NCBI GenBank assembly: GCA_038127595.1
Contig: JAYPIC010000033.1
Span: 1-19,217, forward strand
Length of the DNA: 19,217 nt
Direction of reading: 5' to 3'
DNA from: a bacterium
GTDB lineage: Bacteria; Fidelibacterota; Marinisomatia; Marinisomatales; UBA1611
The position numbers and the translations under genes are program-made. The notes beneath the pieces were generated by a model, which did not search any database, was not told where the DNA came from, and saw only the letters and a program-made list of their open reading frames with translations. The first letter of the stretch is position 1, and each line of letters opens with the position of its first letter. This document shows positions 6,809-15,992 of the stretch, piece after piece.

Positions 6809-7741
6809 CTATAGTTGAACCGCGTTATCAATTAAAGTAACTGGCATTTCTTTGTTTTTTGTGTCAATTTCAGTATTAATAGATAGAGGTAATGTTGATT
6901 GGAATTTTCCATGACCGCAAGGAAAATTTGATAAAATAGGTACGTTAAGGTCTCCACAGATATCTAAAATAATTTGATCAATATTCCTTTCAAATTTTAC
7001 TTCTTGGTCTTTCATATCTTTTAATTCACCAAAAATTAATCCTTTGATGTTATCAAACATGCCAGCTTCTCTCATATGAACAAGCATCCTTTCAAAGGAA
7101 TATAAATACTCATCGATGTCTTCCAAAAATAAAATGGTTCCATCTGTATTTAAACTGTCATCAGTCCCTAGTCTATTAACTAGTAGACACATATTGCCGC
7201 CCCATAAAGGTCCAGAAGCAACACCATGTTTTAGTATTTTGGTTTCTAGCCCTTCTGGGCTATAGATTTTTATAAATTTTTCTCCAGCAAGCACTCTCTG
7301 CATTAGGCTGTAGTTATACTCAACCCATGAATCTCTGTAGGTTGTAAGCATCGGTCCATGGAATGTGACTATGGAGGTTTTTTGAGTAATTGAAGTCAGC
7401 AAAGCTGTGATATCACTGTACCCAATAAAAATTTTAGGGTTTTCTTTTATTAAATTATAATCTAATAGTGGTAAAACTCTATTGGCACCATAACCTCCTC
7501 GAGCACAAAAAATAGCATCGATATCTGAGCTTCCAAACATTTCATTAATGTCATCTGCTCTTTGCTCAGGAAGTCCGGCAAAAGGTCCCCATTTAAGATC
7601 ATTACTTTTCCCAAATTTCAGTTTATATCCTAGGTTTGTAAAATATTTAGATGTTAAGGATAATATTTCTCCATCTAACCAATAGGAAGGGCTAACGATT
7701 CCAATAGTAGAGTTTTTATGAAGTGCTTTTGGTTTAATCAT
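6809..7741 (-). CDS. ldcA: LD-carboxypeptidase (peptidase S66, LdcA/MccF family), cytoplasmic
   Basis: 'IGIVSPS', 'ARGGYGANR', catalytic Ser in 'FIGYSDIT', 'FHGPM', 'GGNM', Glu region 'LFLEDIDE', His in 'FPCGHG'. No signal peptide. Confidence 0.92.
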   Translation of the reverse strand: MIKPKALHKNSTIGIVSPSYWLDGEILSLTSKYFTNLGYKLKFGKSNDLKWGPFAGLPEQRADDINEMFGSSDIDAIFCARGGYGANRVLPLLDYNLIKENPKIFIGYSDITALLTSITQKTSIVTFHGPMLTTYRDSWVEYNYSLMQRVLAGEKFIKIYSPEGLETKILKHGVASGPLWGGNMCLLVNRLGTDDSLNTDGTILFLEDIDEYLYSFERMLVHMREAGMFDNIKGLIFGELKDMKDQEVKFERNIDQIILDICGDLNVPILSNFPCGHGKFQSTLPLSINTEIDTKNKEMPVTLIDNAVQL

Positions 7742-9152
7742 ATATAATACTTTTTACAATTTGATCATGAACGCGGGCATATCTAGATGAGTAGTCAGTA
7801 TAGCCATTCATTAGAATGGAAAATGCCACATCACCATACTTTTTTGATTTTATGTAGCCAGCAAGGTTTCGAACTCCTGATAATCCACCAGTTTTTGCCC
7901 TGACTAGGTCACCCTCATCTACTAAACGCTTTTCTAGAGTACTGTTCTCCCAGCCTCCTCCAGGAAGAGTTGAAATAAAATCATCTTTATATTCACTATT
8001 ATACATCCATTTAAGCAATGAATTTAACTGAGCTGCGCTGGTCAAATTATATCTAGAAACGCCAGATCCACCAGCTAGTCTCATATTAGATGTATCGATC
8101 AGGACTTCTTTCGCTAGAAAAGATTTTATGCTATCTAAGCCAACTTTCCATGTACCAGGTAATGTATCTAATGCTCCGATAGATTTAACAAAAAGCTCTG
8201 CGGTCAGGTTATCACTCTCATTCATTAAGTTTGTAGCTGAATGTATTAAAGGTTTTGATAAATGATTGCTTATTTTTTTATAGCTTTTATTTAATGTCTT
8301 CTTTTTTGAAAAGGTTTTTACTTTTGCTCCATACTTTTCTAGAGACTCTTTAAATACTACCCCAGTGAAAGTAGAAGGGTCGTAAATATTTCTGTAAAGC
8401 GTATCTACATCAGAAGTATCAATGATTTCCCCATATGCATTAAAGTTATTTTTGTTCAAAACCCAATCTCTGTCAATTTTTAATTTTTTTTGTACTGAAT
8501 CCTGAACAGTAATTGATTCATTTTTAAATTTAATAAAAGATGTTTTAGGATAGTAATCAATGGATGCAGACTTTCCTGCAGGGCCTGGTTTAATGTAAAA
8601 ATCAATACAATTATCATTTACTGAAAGAGCACTTATTGGAGCTGCATACCACCATGGACCTTCATCCCACATCCAGCCCTCTCCATAGTTTAAACTATCA
8701 AGAAAGGTATCATCGATAAAAAGGGTATCAATATTTTTATATTTTTTTGATACCTCTAAAGCTAGAGAATCTAATTCTTTGACAGATAAGTCTGGGTCTC
8801 CACCTCCCTTTAGAATTAGGTTCTTTGTATCAGAAAAAACATCAGTTTCAAATTGATGATCTTTTCCTAAAAAATATAATGCTGCAGCACTAGTGTAGAG
8901 TTTATTTGTACTAGCTGGCATTAATAGTTTTTGGCTATTATAGTCATAAATTACTTTATTGTCTTTTAGAGATATGACTTGAATGCTCATATTTAAATCG
9001 ATTTCAGAATTTTCAATGATTTTATTAATCTTATTTCTAAGGTTTATTGAACCTTCCATTTTGTAGAAAGATTTTGGAGGCGCACAGCTCGAAATTATTG
9101 CGGTAAAAAAAAGTAATATAAAATTGGGGCTCTGTTTAAACATATCAATCAT
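7734..9152 (-). CDS. dacB: D-alanyl-D-alanine carboxypeptidase/endopeptidase PBP4 (peptidase S13), probable lipoprotein
   Basis: SxxK 'PASTNK', 'GGGDPDL', 'GWMWDE', SxN 'ESDNLTAE', KTG 'RAKTG', 'LAGY', 'FSILMN'. Lipobox-like 'IISSC'. Confidence 0.93.
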   Translation of the reverse strand: MIDMFKQSPNFILLFFTAIISSCAPPKSFYKMEGSINLRNKINKIIENSEIDLNMSIQVISLKDNKVIYDYNSQKLLMPASTNKLYTSAAALYFLGKDHQFETDVFSDTKNLILKGGGDPDLSVKELDSLALEVSKKYKNIDTLFIDDTFLDSLNYGEGWMWDEGPWWYAAPISALSVNDNCIDFYIKPGPAGKSASIDYYPKTSFIKFKNESITVQDSVQKKLKIDRDWVLNKNNFNAYGEIIDTSDVDTLYRNIYDPSTFTGVVFKESLEKYGAKVKTFSKKKTLNKSYKKISNHLSKPLIHSATNLMNESDNLTAELFVKSIGALDTLPGTWKVGLDSIKSFLAKEVLIDTSNMRLAGGSGVSRYNLTSAAQLNSLLKWMYNSEYKDDFISTLPGGGWENSTLEKRLVDEGDLVRAKTGGLSGVRNLAGYIKSKKYGDVAFSILMNGYTDYSSRYARVHDQIVKSIIYD

Positions 9153-9805
9153 TTTAATGATAAAATAAATGTGTCAAGTAGCATATGTCCAAAATTGAAT
9201 GACTCATTAGCTCCCTCAAGTCCAAGGTTATGCTCCTCAACAAATGCTTCCGTTGCCTCTATATGTGGTTGGAATCCCCAAATTGGTTTTTCTATTGATT
9301 CAATCCCTTCAATATCAACCATTTCGCTCGAAGCAATTACATTAAATTTTGGTGGAGGTGTTGTAATTCCATCCTGATGAGAATAGAGCAATAATCCAGA
9401 TTTAGAACTCCCCCATAGAGAACTTTTTTTAATGTTTACTTTACGATTTCCTCTTTCAATCTTTTCATTCCAAAGCGGCTCTACTATGCCACCAAAAATT
9501 TTACCAATTAGTTGATGGCCGTAGCACAACCCCATAATTGGAATATTAATTTCTGTAGCTTGTAAAATCACCTTTTCTATTTCATCTTGCCACTTATTTT
9601 TATCGTTTACTGATGTAGCGCTGCCAAGGATAATGATACCTAATGTGTTTTCATTGAATTCGTTATGCATACTTTTTGTACCGTAAAGAGCTGGTAGGTG
9701 GTATGTAACACTGAAAGGGGCTACTTTAACGATACGGTTAAAAGACTCTAAAGATGGCGTAACCACCGCTGGGTCAATAACCATAAGGCTTTCATTATTT
9801 TTCAT
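9149..9805 (-). CDS. Stand-alone class I glutamine amidotransferase / C26-like gamma-glutamyl hydrolase
   Basis: Nucleophile elbow 'PIMGLCYGHQ', 'SHQDG' and His-x-Glu 'GFQPHIE'. No synthase domain. ATGA overlap with dacB. Confidence 0.88.
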   Translation of the reverse strand: MKNNESLMVIDPAVVTPSLESFNRIVKVAPFSVTYHLPALYGTKSMHNEFNENTLGIIILGSATSVNDKNKWQDEIEKVILQATEINIPIMGLCYGHQLIGKIFGGIVEPLWNEKIERGNRKVNIKKSSLWGSSKSGLLLYSHQDGITTPPPKFNVIASSEMVDIEGIESIEKPIWGFQPHIEATEAFVEEHNLGLEGANESFNFGHMLLDTFILSLK

Positions 9806-9982
9806 TACTTGTAATTATTTATATATCTTCTGAGTTAAAAAGTAGCGTATTTTTGATATTGGTACGAAGTTTTATTTATTTTAAAAATTAACCTGTTTAA
9901 GATTTAACACATTTTAATGACTAAAAAAAATATATCCACCTCTAACTTAGTTTTTAAAAATATTTTCTCACAAAATTTGATT

Positions 9983-12900
9983 ATGCTTTCATTAATCAAA
10001 TTATCAATGGTCCTTTTAGTGAGCTTTTTTGTCAGTTGTGACAGGTCTGGTTTTACTAATAAAAATAAAGTAAAACTATCTGATGAGATGCAAGATATGT
10101 TAAATGCTTTATTAGATGGAGATTATATTGTAGAAGCAGAGCCATTTTTTCAAGCAGAAGATAATGATGAACTCATTGGTGAGTACATTCATGTTGATTC
10201 AGTTTCATCCGGTATTAATTTTAAAAATAGTTGGAATCCAGATAAGAAATATAAAGGTCAGCTAGGTAATTCATTTATTGCCGCAGGCGTTGCAGTAGGA
10301 GATTACAATAATGATGGTTTACAGGATTTATTTTTAGCAAGGCAGCAGGACGGAGGAAAACTTTTTCAGAATATTGGTGGGTTTAAATTCAAAGATGTTA
10401 CAAAAAAAGTTGGTATTAACTCAGCTCCTTTTTGGAGTACAGGTGTTTCTTTTATTGATATTAATAACGATGGCTGGTTAGATATTTATGTTTGCGCGTT
10501 CGATAGCCCTAACAAACTGTATATAAACAATCGTGGCAAGTTCAATGAGTCGGCTGGAGAATTTGGATTAGATTTTAGCGGTGCAAGCGTATCGATGTCA
10601 TTTGCTGACATCGATTTAGATGGAGATCTAGATGCATACCTACTTACCAATAGACTTCAGGATACTGATTCAACGCTAAATGTTAAAACTCTTAAAAACA
10701 AACCTGATCCATACGTTATAGATCCAAAATATGAAGAGGTGGGGTACTTTATTAAAAGGCCGGGTAAAGTCCCGTTGCTTGTAAATGCAGGACAGTTTGA
10801 TCACCTATATCTCAATGATAATGGTAAGTTTATTAACGTAACCAAAGAATCTGGTATAGGTAAAAATCCTTATTATGGATTATCGGCAACTTGGTGGGAT
10901 TATAATGATGATGGACTACCTGATCTTTATGTTGCGAATGATTATATGGGACCAGATCATTTATTTCAGAATTTGGGGCAAGATAAAGATGGAATTACTC
11001 AATTTAAAGATGTTGTTTCAAGTGCTCTTCCTTACACCCCATGGTTTTCAATGGGTTCTGATTATAGCGATATTAACAATGATGGACTAATGGATTTGAT
11101 GGCTTCAGATATGGCTGGCAGTAATCATTACAGAGATAAAGTATCAATGGGTTCGATGAGTGGACCAAATAGTGAAGCATGGTTTTTAAATTTTCCAAAT
11201 CCTCCTCAGTATATGAGGAACACTTTATTTTTGAATACTGGTACTGAAAGATTTATGGAAATAGCATATTTAGCTGGACTAGCAGCGACAGACTGGACTT
11301 GGACTGTGAAATTTGGAGATCTAGATAATGATGGTTTTGAGGATGTTTACTTTACAAATGGTATGTCCAGGGATTTTGTAAACGGAGATTTAAAGGACAG
11401 GTTCAGGGTTATAACAAATAATGATGAAAAAGCCTTGAAAGAGTCAGACCTATGGGAAAATGAAAAACCATATAAGCTTAGTAATATGGTATTTAAAAAC
11501 TTAGGCAATTATAAATTTAAGGACACCAGTATAAAATGGAACCTAGATTATTTTGGGGTAAGTACAGGGTCAGCTTTAGGCGATTTGGATAATGACGGTG
11601 ATCTTGACATTGTCATGAATGGCTTTGATGAAGAAATTCGTATTTATCGTAATGAACTTAAATCTGGCAATTCAGTACGGGTAATTCTGGAGGGTTCAGA
11701 GAGTAATTTTCAAGGCCTTGGCTGTAAGGTTATTGCTATTTATGATGGGGGAAAAAAGCTGACAAGATATTTATCTAGCTCTCGTGGTTTTATGAGCTCT
11801 AGCGAATCAGTATTGCACTTTGGAATAGCAAACGAAGAGAAAATAGATAGTTTATTTATTTACTGGCCTTCAGGTGCTAAACAATTTATTTCTAACCTGC
11901 CTGCTAATTTAACATACAGAATTAAAGAAAAATCCTCATCTGAAAAAAGAGAGGCTAAAGTCGATCCAATGTTTGTAAAGGATAGAGGTAGCCTATCAAA
12001 AATTGTTCATCAGGAAAAAATATATGATGATTTTAAAAGGGAAAACCTATTACCAAATAAATTATCGCAACTTGGTTCTGGTGTTTCATGGGGAGATGTT
12101 GATGGAGATGGAGATGATGATATTTTTGTTGGTGGGTCAAAGGGTTTTCCTTCAAAGCTTTACATCAATAAAGGCAAACAGAAATTTGAAAATAAATTTC
12201 AACCTGTTTTTATAAATGATTCAAAATATGAAGACATGGGCTCAGTGTTTTTTGATCCTGATCGAGATGGCGATCTTGACCTGTTCGTAGTTAGCGGCGG
12301 GGTAGAGTGCGAACCTGGTGATCCAATTTTGCAAGATAGACTATATATAAATGATGGGAATGGTAATTTTGGTAGGGCAGCTGAAGGCCTAATACCTAAA
12401 CTAAATGAGAGTGGTAGCGTGGTATCAGTCGCGGATATTAATCAGGATGGTAGAGACGATCTTTTCATTGGCGGAAGGACAGTCCCGGGTAATTACCCTT
12501 CGAGCCCACGCTCCTTCATTTTAATTAATTCTGGAGCCAGGTTTATTAATGAAACTCAAAAGGTTGCGCCATCATTAGCTAATGCGGGAATGGTTACCTC
12601 AGCTATTTTTTCTGATGTAAATAATGATGATTGGCCCGATCTTCTCGTTACTTATGAGTGGGGACCAGTTCGTTTTTATCTTAATGATAAAGGGATATTA
12701 TCTGATAAGACATCTATGGTTGGCCTTGATTCTAAAATAGGATGGTTTAGTAGTATAAGCCCTGGTGATATTGATAACGATGGAGATATCGATTTCATTG
12801 TTGGAAATACAGGATATAATACGAAGTATAAGGCCTCATATTTAAATCCCGAGATCTTATATTATGGAGATTTTGAGGGGAATGGTAAGAAAAACATTGT

Positions 12901-13726
12901 CGAGGCAAAATTTGAAGACAATGTATGCTTTCCTCGTAGAGGGCTAGGCTGTTCTAGTGATGCTATGCCAATTATTAAAGAACGATTTCCGACTTATCAC
13001 CAGTTTGCTATTTCATCAGTCGATCAGATTTATTCTCAAGAGTTATTAGATAAAGCTCAAAAATTTGAAGTGAATGAGCTTGCTTCAGCTATCATAGAAA
13101 ATAGAACAACTAAAGAGGGTAAAATTCAATTTTCCTTTCAGCCTCTTCCAAGGATAGTACAATCTAGTCCAATATTTGGTACCGCATTATGCGATGTTAA
13201 TGGAGACGGTAATTTAGATCTATATGTTGTCCAAAATTTTTCCGGGCCTCAAAGAGAAACGGGATACATGCGAGGTGGGGTGAGTCATCTTCTGCTCGGA
13301 GATGGGATGGGTAATTTTACAGCAATTTCTCCAAATGAAAGTGGGTTAGTGGTCAGTGCTGATGCCAAAAGTTTAACTATGAATGATGTCGATCAAGATG
13401 GTAAAGTTGATTTTCTAGTAGGCGTTAACAATGGAAAATTTCTTTCATTTATCAATGATATTGATTTTAATGGTAGTGCTATAAGATTATCAGATCTTCC
13501 CAAGGGCAAACATTTTATAGGAGCAAAGATCTGGCTTCATTTTAAAAACGGAAATATTCAAATGCATCAGCTTAGTGGTAGTTCAGGGTATTTATCACAA
13601 TCTGGACCTGTGGTCTATATTGGTGATAAATCTGATATCAAAAAAATGATTATAAAATGGCCTAATGGTTCAAAAGATGAAATAAATTTCTCTAATTCAC
13701 CTGAGTTATTTAGTTCAACATTCTAA
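9983..13726 (+). CDS. CRTAC1/ASPIC-UnbV family FG-GAP (VCBS) repeat lipoprotein
   Basis: About 14-15 DxNxDG/DxDxDG Ca-binding repeats, an ASPIC/UnbV domain ('GLGCKV....RGFMSSSE..LHFG......I.WPSG') and a second shorter copy at the C-terminus. The ATG at 9983 gives a lipoprotein signal 'MLSLIKLSMVLLVSFFVSC'; the ORF track start is 9917. Confidence 0.88.
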   Translation: MLSLIKLSMVLLVSFFVSCDRSGFTNKNKVKLSDEMQDMLNALLDGDYIVEAEPFFQAEDNDELIGEYIHVDSVSSGINFKNSWNPDKKYKGQLGNSFIAAGVAVGDYNNDGLQDLFLARQQDGGKLFQNIGGFKFKDVTKKVGINSAPFWSTGVSFIDINNDGWLDIYVCAFDSPNKLYINNRGKFNESAGEFGLDFSGASVSMSFADIDLDGDLDAYLLTNRLQDTDSTLNVKTLKNKPDPYVIDPKYEEVGYFIKRPGKVPLLVNAGQFDHLYLNDNGKFINVTKESGIGKNPYYGLSATWWDYNDDGLPDLYVANDYMGPDHLFQNLGQDKDGITQFKDVVSSALPYTPWFSMGSDYSDINNDGLMDLMASDMAGSNHYRDKVSMGSMSGPNSEAWFLNFPNPPQYMRNTLFLNTGTERFMEIAYLAGLAATDWTWTVKFGDLDNDGFEDVYFTNGMSRDFVNGDLKDRFRVITNNDEKALKESDLWENEKPYKLSNMVFKNLGNYKFKDTSIKWNLDYFGVSTGSALGDLDNDGDLDIVMNGFDEEIRIYRNELKSGNSVRVILEGSESNFQGLGCKVIAIYDGGKKLTRYLSSSRGFMSSSESVLHFGIANEEKIDSLFIYWPSGAKQFISNLPANLTYRIKEKSSSEKREAKVDPMFVKDRGSLSKIVHQEKIYDDFKRENLLPNKLSQLGSGVSWGDVDGDGDDDIFVGGSKGFPSKLYINKGKQKFENKFQPVFINDSKYEDMGSVFFDPDRDGDLDLFVVSGGVECEPGDPILQDRLYINDGNGNFGRAAEGLIPKLNESGSVVSVADINQDGRDDLFIGGRTVPGNYPSSPRSFILINSGARFINETQKVAPSLANAGMVTSAIFSDVNNDDWPDLLVTYEWGPVRFYLNDKGILSDKTSMVGLDSKIGWFSSISPGDIDNDGDIDFIVGNTGYNTKYKASYLNPEILYYGDFEGNGKKNIVEAKFEDNVCFPRRGLGCSSDAMPIIKERFPTYHQFAISSVDQIYSQELLDKAQKFEVNELASAIIENRTTKEGKIQFSFQPLPRIVQSSPIFGTALCDVNGDGNLDLYVVQNFSGPQRETGYMRGGVSHLLLGDGMGNFTAISPNESGLVVSADAKSLTMNDVDQDGKVDFLVGVNNGKFLSFINDIDFNGSAIRLSDLPKGKHFIGAKIWLHFKNGNIQMHQLSGSSGYLSQSGPVVYIGDKSDIKKMIIKWPNGSKDEINFSNSPELFSSTF

Positions 13727-13782
13727 AGTTCTGGTCATATAAAATAGGAAATGATATGTTAAGTAATATAACTTTATAGTCA

Positions 13783-15192
13783 ATGAAGTTTCATTTAAGC
13801 CTTACCACATTTCTTATCCTATTATTTTCTTGCTCAGGAATTGAAAAAAGTAATATCACTTTTGCGGGCAAGATAAAGAATAATACTGAGCCCATTGTCA
13901 AGGTATCAAACTACAAAAGCAGCTTGAGTGAGGAAATTGAGATTGATTCTTCTGGGAATTTTAATGGTTCCTTTTTGATAGATAAGGAAGGCTATTATTA
14001 CTTTCAAATAGGCAGGTCATACACAACAGTATTTTTTTCTCCTAATAATAAAGTATTCGTAGATATAGATGCAGATAGCTTTTTTCAGAAAATTTCTTAT
14101 TCAGGGACATTACAAAAAGAAAATAATTATAATGTCTCAAAGTCAAAACTTCGATCAAAGCTTGTTGGGGATGCTAAGGAATATTTTGTTGTTCCCCTAG
14201 ATGAATTCTTGTCAAAAATAGATAATACCAAAAGACAACTTTTGCAATTATTGGAGAGTAATACTCAACTAAATGAAAAGACTAAAGCAATTGAAAGAAA
14301 AATAATTCATTATGAATATCTTCAGGCTTACAATAATTACCAAAAGTTTTACAGCTATCATAAAAAAGTAAACGCAGATCTTCCTGCTGATTATTATGAA
14401 CCTGTAATTAATATGGATCTTAACGATGATGAAATGTTCAGGTATTCTAGAGCGTACAGGAATTTAGTGGTTGAAAATTTTAGATTGTCCTCCAAAAAAG
14501 CATTAGCAGAAAATCAACAAATTGATATTATTGATTTTGTTGAAGGGCAAATTAAAAAGATGAACAGTCAAGATATAAAAGAGCAATTTACAAGTATGTT
14601 GATCAGGCAAATGAAACAGTCTAATTCAAATATAGACAGAGATTATATCAGAATAGATTCACTTTTAACAACAAAGAGAATGAAAGATAAACTTTTTCTC
14701 AGGTATAGGTCTGCAAAAGAAAATACATCGGGAGCTGTGGCAGTCGATTTTAACTATGAAAATTTTGAAGGAGGCAGAACTTCACTTAAAGATTTGTCTG
14801 GCAAGATTGTGTATATCGATGTTTGGGCTACATGGTGCGGCCCATGTATTAAAGAAATGCCAGCTCTTAAAGAACTTGTAGACTATTACAAAGGTAAAGA
14901 TATCGAATTTGTTAGTGTCTCCATAGATAGTGAAAAAGATTACCAAAAATGGAGAAAAATGGTACCAGAGAAAAACGTTGGTGGGATACAGCTTTATGAT
15001 CCTGAGGGTCTAAATTCATCCTTTATGAAATCTTTTAGCGTTAGTTTAATACCTAGATTTATGATGATTGATAGACAAGGAAAGATTATTACTGCACATG
15101 CGCCGAGACCATCTTCAGAAAATATAAAAGCATTTATTGATAGCCATTTAAATGACAATAAACCAAAAGTGGTTAAGTTTAAAACTTCATAA
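13783..15192 (+). CDS. TlpA/ResA-like thioredoxin-fold disulfide reductase lipoprotein
   Basis: Lipobox 'LLFSC', long N-terminal domain, C-terminal 'GKIVYIDVWATWCGPC..EMP', 'FVSVSID' and cis-Pro 'IPRFMMIDRQGKI'. Confidence 0.9.
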   Translation: MKFHLSLTTFLILLFSCSGIEKSNITFAGKIKNNTEPIVKVSNYKSSLSEEIEIDSSGNFNGSFLIDKEGYYYFQIGRSYTTVFFSPNNKVFVDIDADSFFQKISYSGTLQKENNYNVSKSKLRSKLVGDAKEYFVVPLDEFLSKIDNTKRQLLQLLESNTQLNEKTKAIERKIIHYEYLQAYNNYQKFYSYHKKVNADLPADYYEPVINMDLNDDEMFRYSRAYRNLVVENFRLSSKKALAENQQIDIIDFVEGQIKKMNSQDIKEQFTSMLIRQMKQSNSNIDRDYIRIDSLLTTKRMKDKLFLRYRSAKENTSGAVAVDFNYENFEGGRTSLKDLSGKIVYIDVWATWCGPCIKEMPALKELVDYYKGKDIEFVSVSIDSEKDYQKWRKMVPEKNVGGIQLYDPEGLNSSFMKSFSVSLIPRFMMIDRQGKIITAHAPRPSSENIKAFIDSHLNDNKPKVVKFKTS

Positions 15193-15195
15193 TGT

Positions 15196-15201
15196 AGGAG
15201 G
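15196..15201 (+). promoter_or_regulatory. Shine-Dalgarno site
   Basis: AGGAGG 5 nt upstream of the ATG at 15207. Confidence 0.7.
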
Positions 15202-15206
15202 GAGAT

Positions 15207-15992
15207 ATGATCTACCAATGTAAAAAAGTAATACTATTCAGTTTTTTTATTATGGCATTTTGCTTTGCAAATTCTGACTCTATTTCAGATGAAGCCTGTT
15301 CTTTGAACGCACAAAGCACTCAGGCCTTAATGCTCACTCCACCAACTATTGTTATAGACCATGTTGGCCTTAACACCGTCGATACTCTTCCCGATTATAT
15401 TCCTCCTTATACAGAAGTTCTTGTTGATGTTCTTGTGAACGGAGGTGTAGACGAGGACGATATTGAACCTGGTGGTGTTGTTTTAAATTGGCAGGAAAAT
15501 TCTTTGAGCGCTCCAGTTTACATGCGTGCAATGCCCAGACTGTATAATCTTTTGTATCAAAATTATCATTATATAAAGCGCATAGATCCCTATGGTAATG
15601 GTAATAAAATTTATTGGTGGGTTACTGCCTTAAACACTAGTGGAGAACAATCTTCTACTGAAATTGATTCTTTTGTCATAGGAACTTTATCAATTGATGA
15701 TAGTATTTTGCCAGAGAGGATAAGTCTTAAAGGCAATTTTCCTAACCCTTTCAATCCATCCACTCAAATTTATTTTCATGTGCTAGAAAGATCTCAAATT
15801 GATCTAAAAATATTTTCCCTCAACGGAGATTTAATAAAATCGTATCCTGCGAAATATTTTGATAGTGGAACAAATTTTATTGAATGGAATGGATTGAATG
15901 ATAAGTACAATTCCGTACCATCAGGAGTGTATGTTTATAAAATCAAAAGCACGAACCAAATTATGTTTGGGAAAATGACCCTATTAAAGTAG
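15207..15992 (+). CDS. Secreted protein with FlgD-Ig / T9SS type A sorting-like C-terminal domain
   Basis: Sec signal, ~140-aa domain of unknown function, then 'LKGNFPNPFNPSTQIYF...IFSLNG...EWNG.......PSGVYVY...KMTLLK'. Confidence 0.85.
   Translation: MIYQCKKVILFSFFIMAFCFANSDSISDEACSLNAQSTQALMLTPPTIVIDHVGLNTVDTLPDYIPPYTEVLVDVLVNGGVDEDDIEPGGVVLNWQENSLSAPVYMRAMPRLYNLLYQNYHYIKRIDPYGNGNKIYWWVTALNTSGEQSSTEIDSFVIGTLSIDDSILPERISLKGNFPNPFNPSTQIYFHVLERSQIDLKIFSLNGDLIKSYPAKYFDSGTNFIEWNGLNDKYNSVPSGVYVYKIKSTNQIMFGKMTLLK

Noticed and set aside
6809..7741. S66 protein as microcin C immunity factor MccF
   Set aside because: No mcc cluster is present and the PBP4 context favours LdcA. Not formally excluded without alignment.
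9149..9805. Calling the GATase guaA
   Set aside because: It lacks the ATP-pyrophosphatase domain, and the context is unrelated to purine synthesis.
9806..9982. Specific promoters in the divergent spacer, and a TTGGTAC 7-mer shared with the 18660 palindrome
   Set aside because: Promoters must exist here, but the matches are weak in very AT-rich DNA and the 7-mer lacks the palindromic arms.
9983..13726. UnbV domain as a sign of an enediyne biosynthetic cluster
   Set aside because: No PKS or tailoring genes are present, and ASPIC/UnbV proteins are common in marine FCB/PVC bacteria.
9171..15218. ORFs 9171-9377, 10875-11090, 12003-12215 and 14994-15218
   Set aside because: Alternate-frame or antisense shadows of real genes. 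The Met runs come from GAT-GAT (Asp) codons read off-frame.
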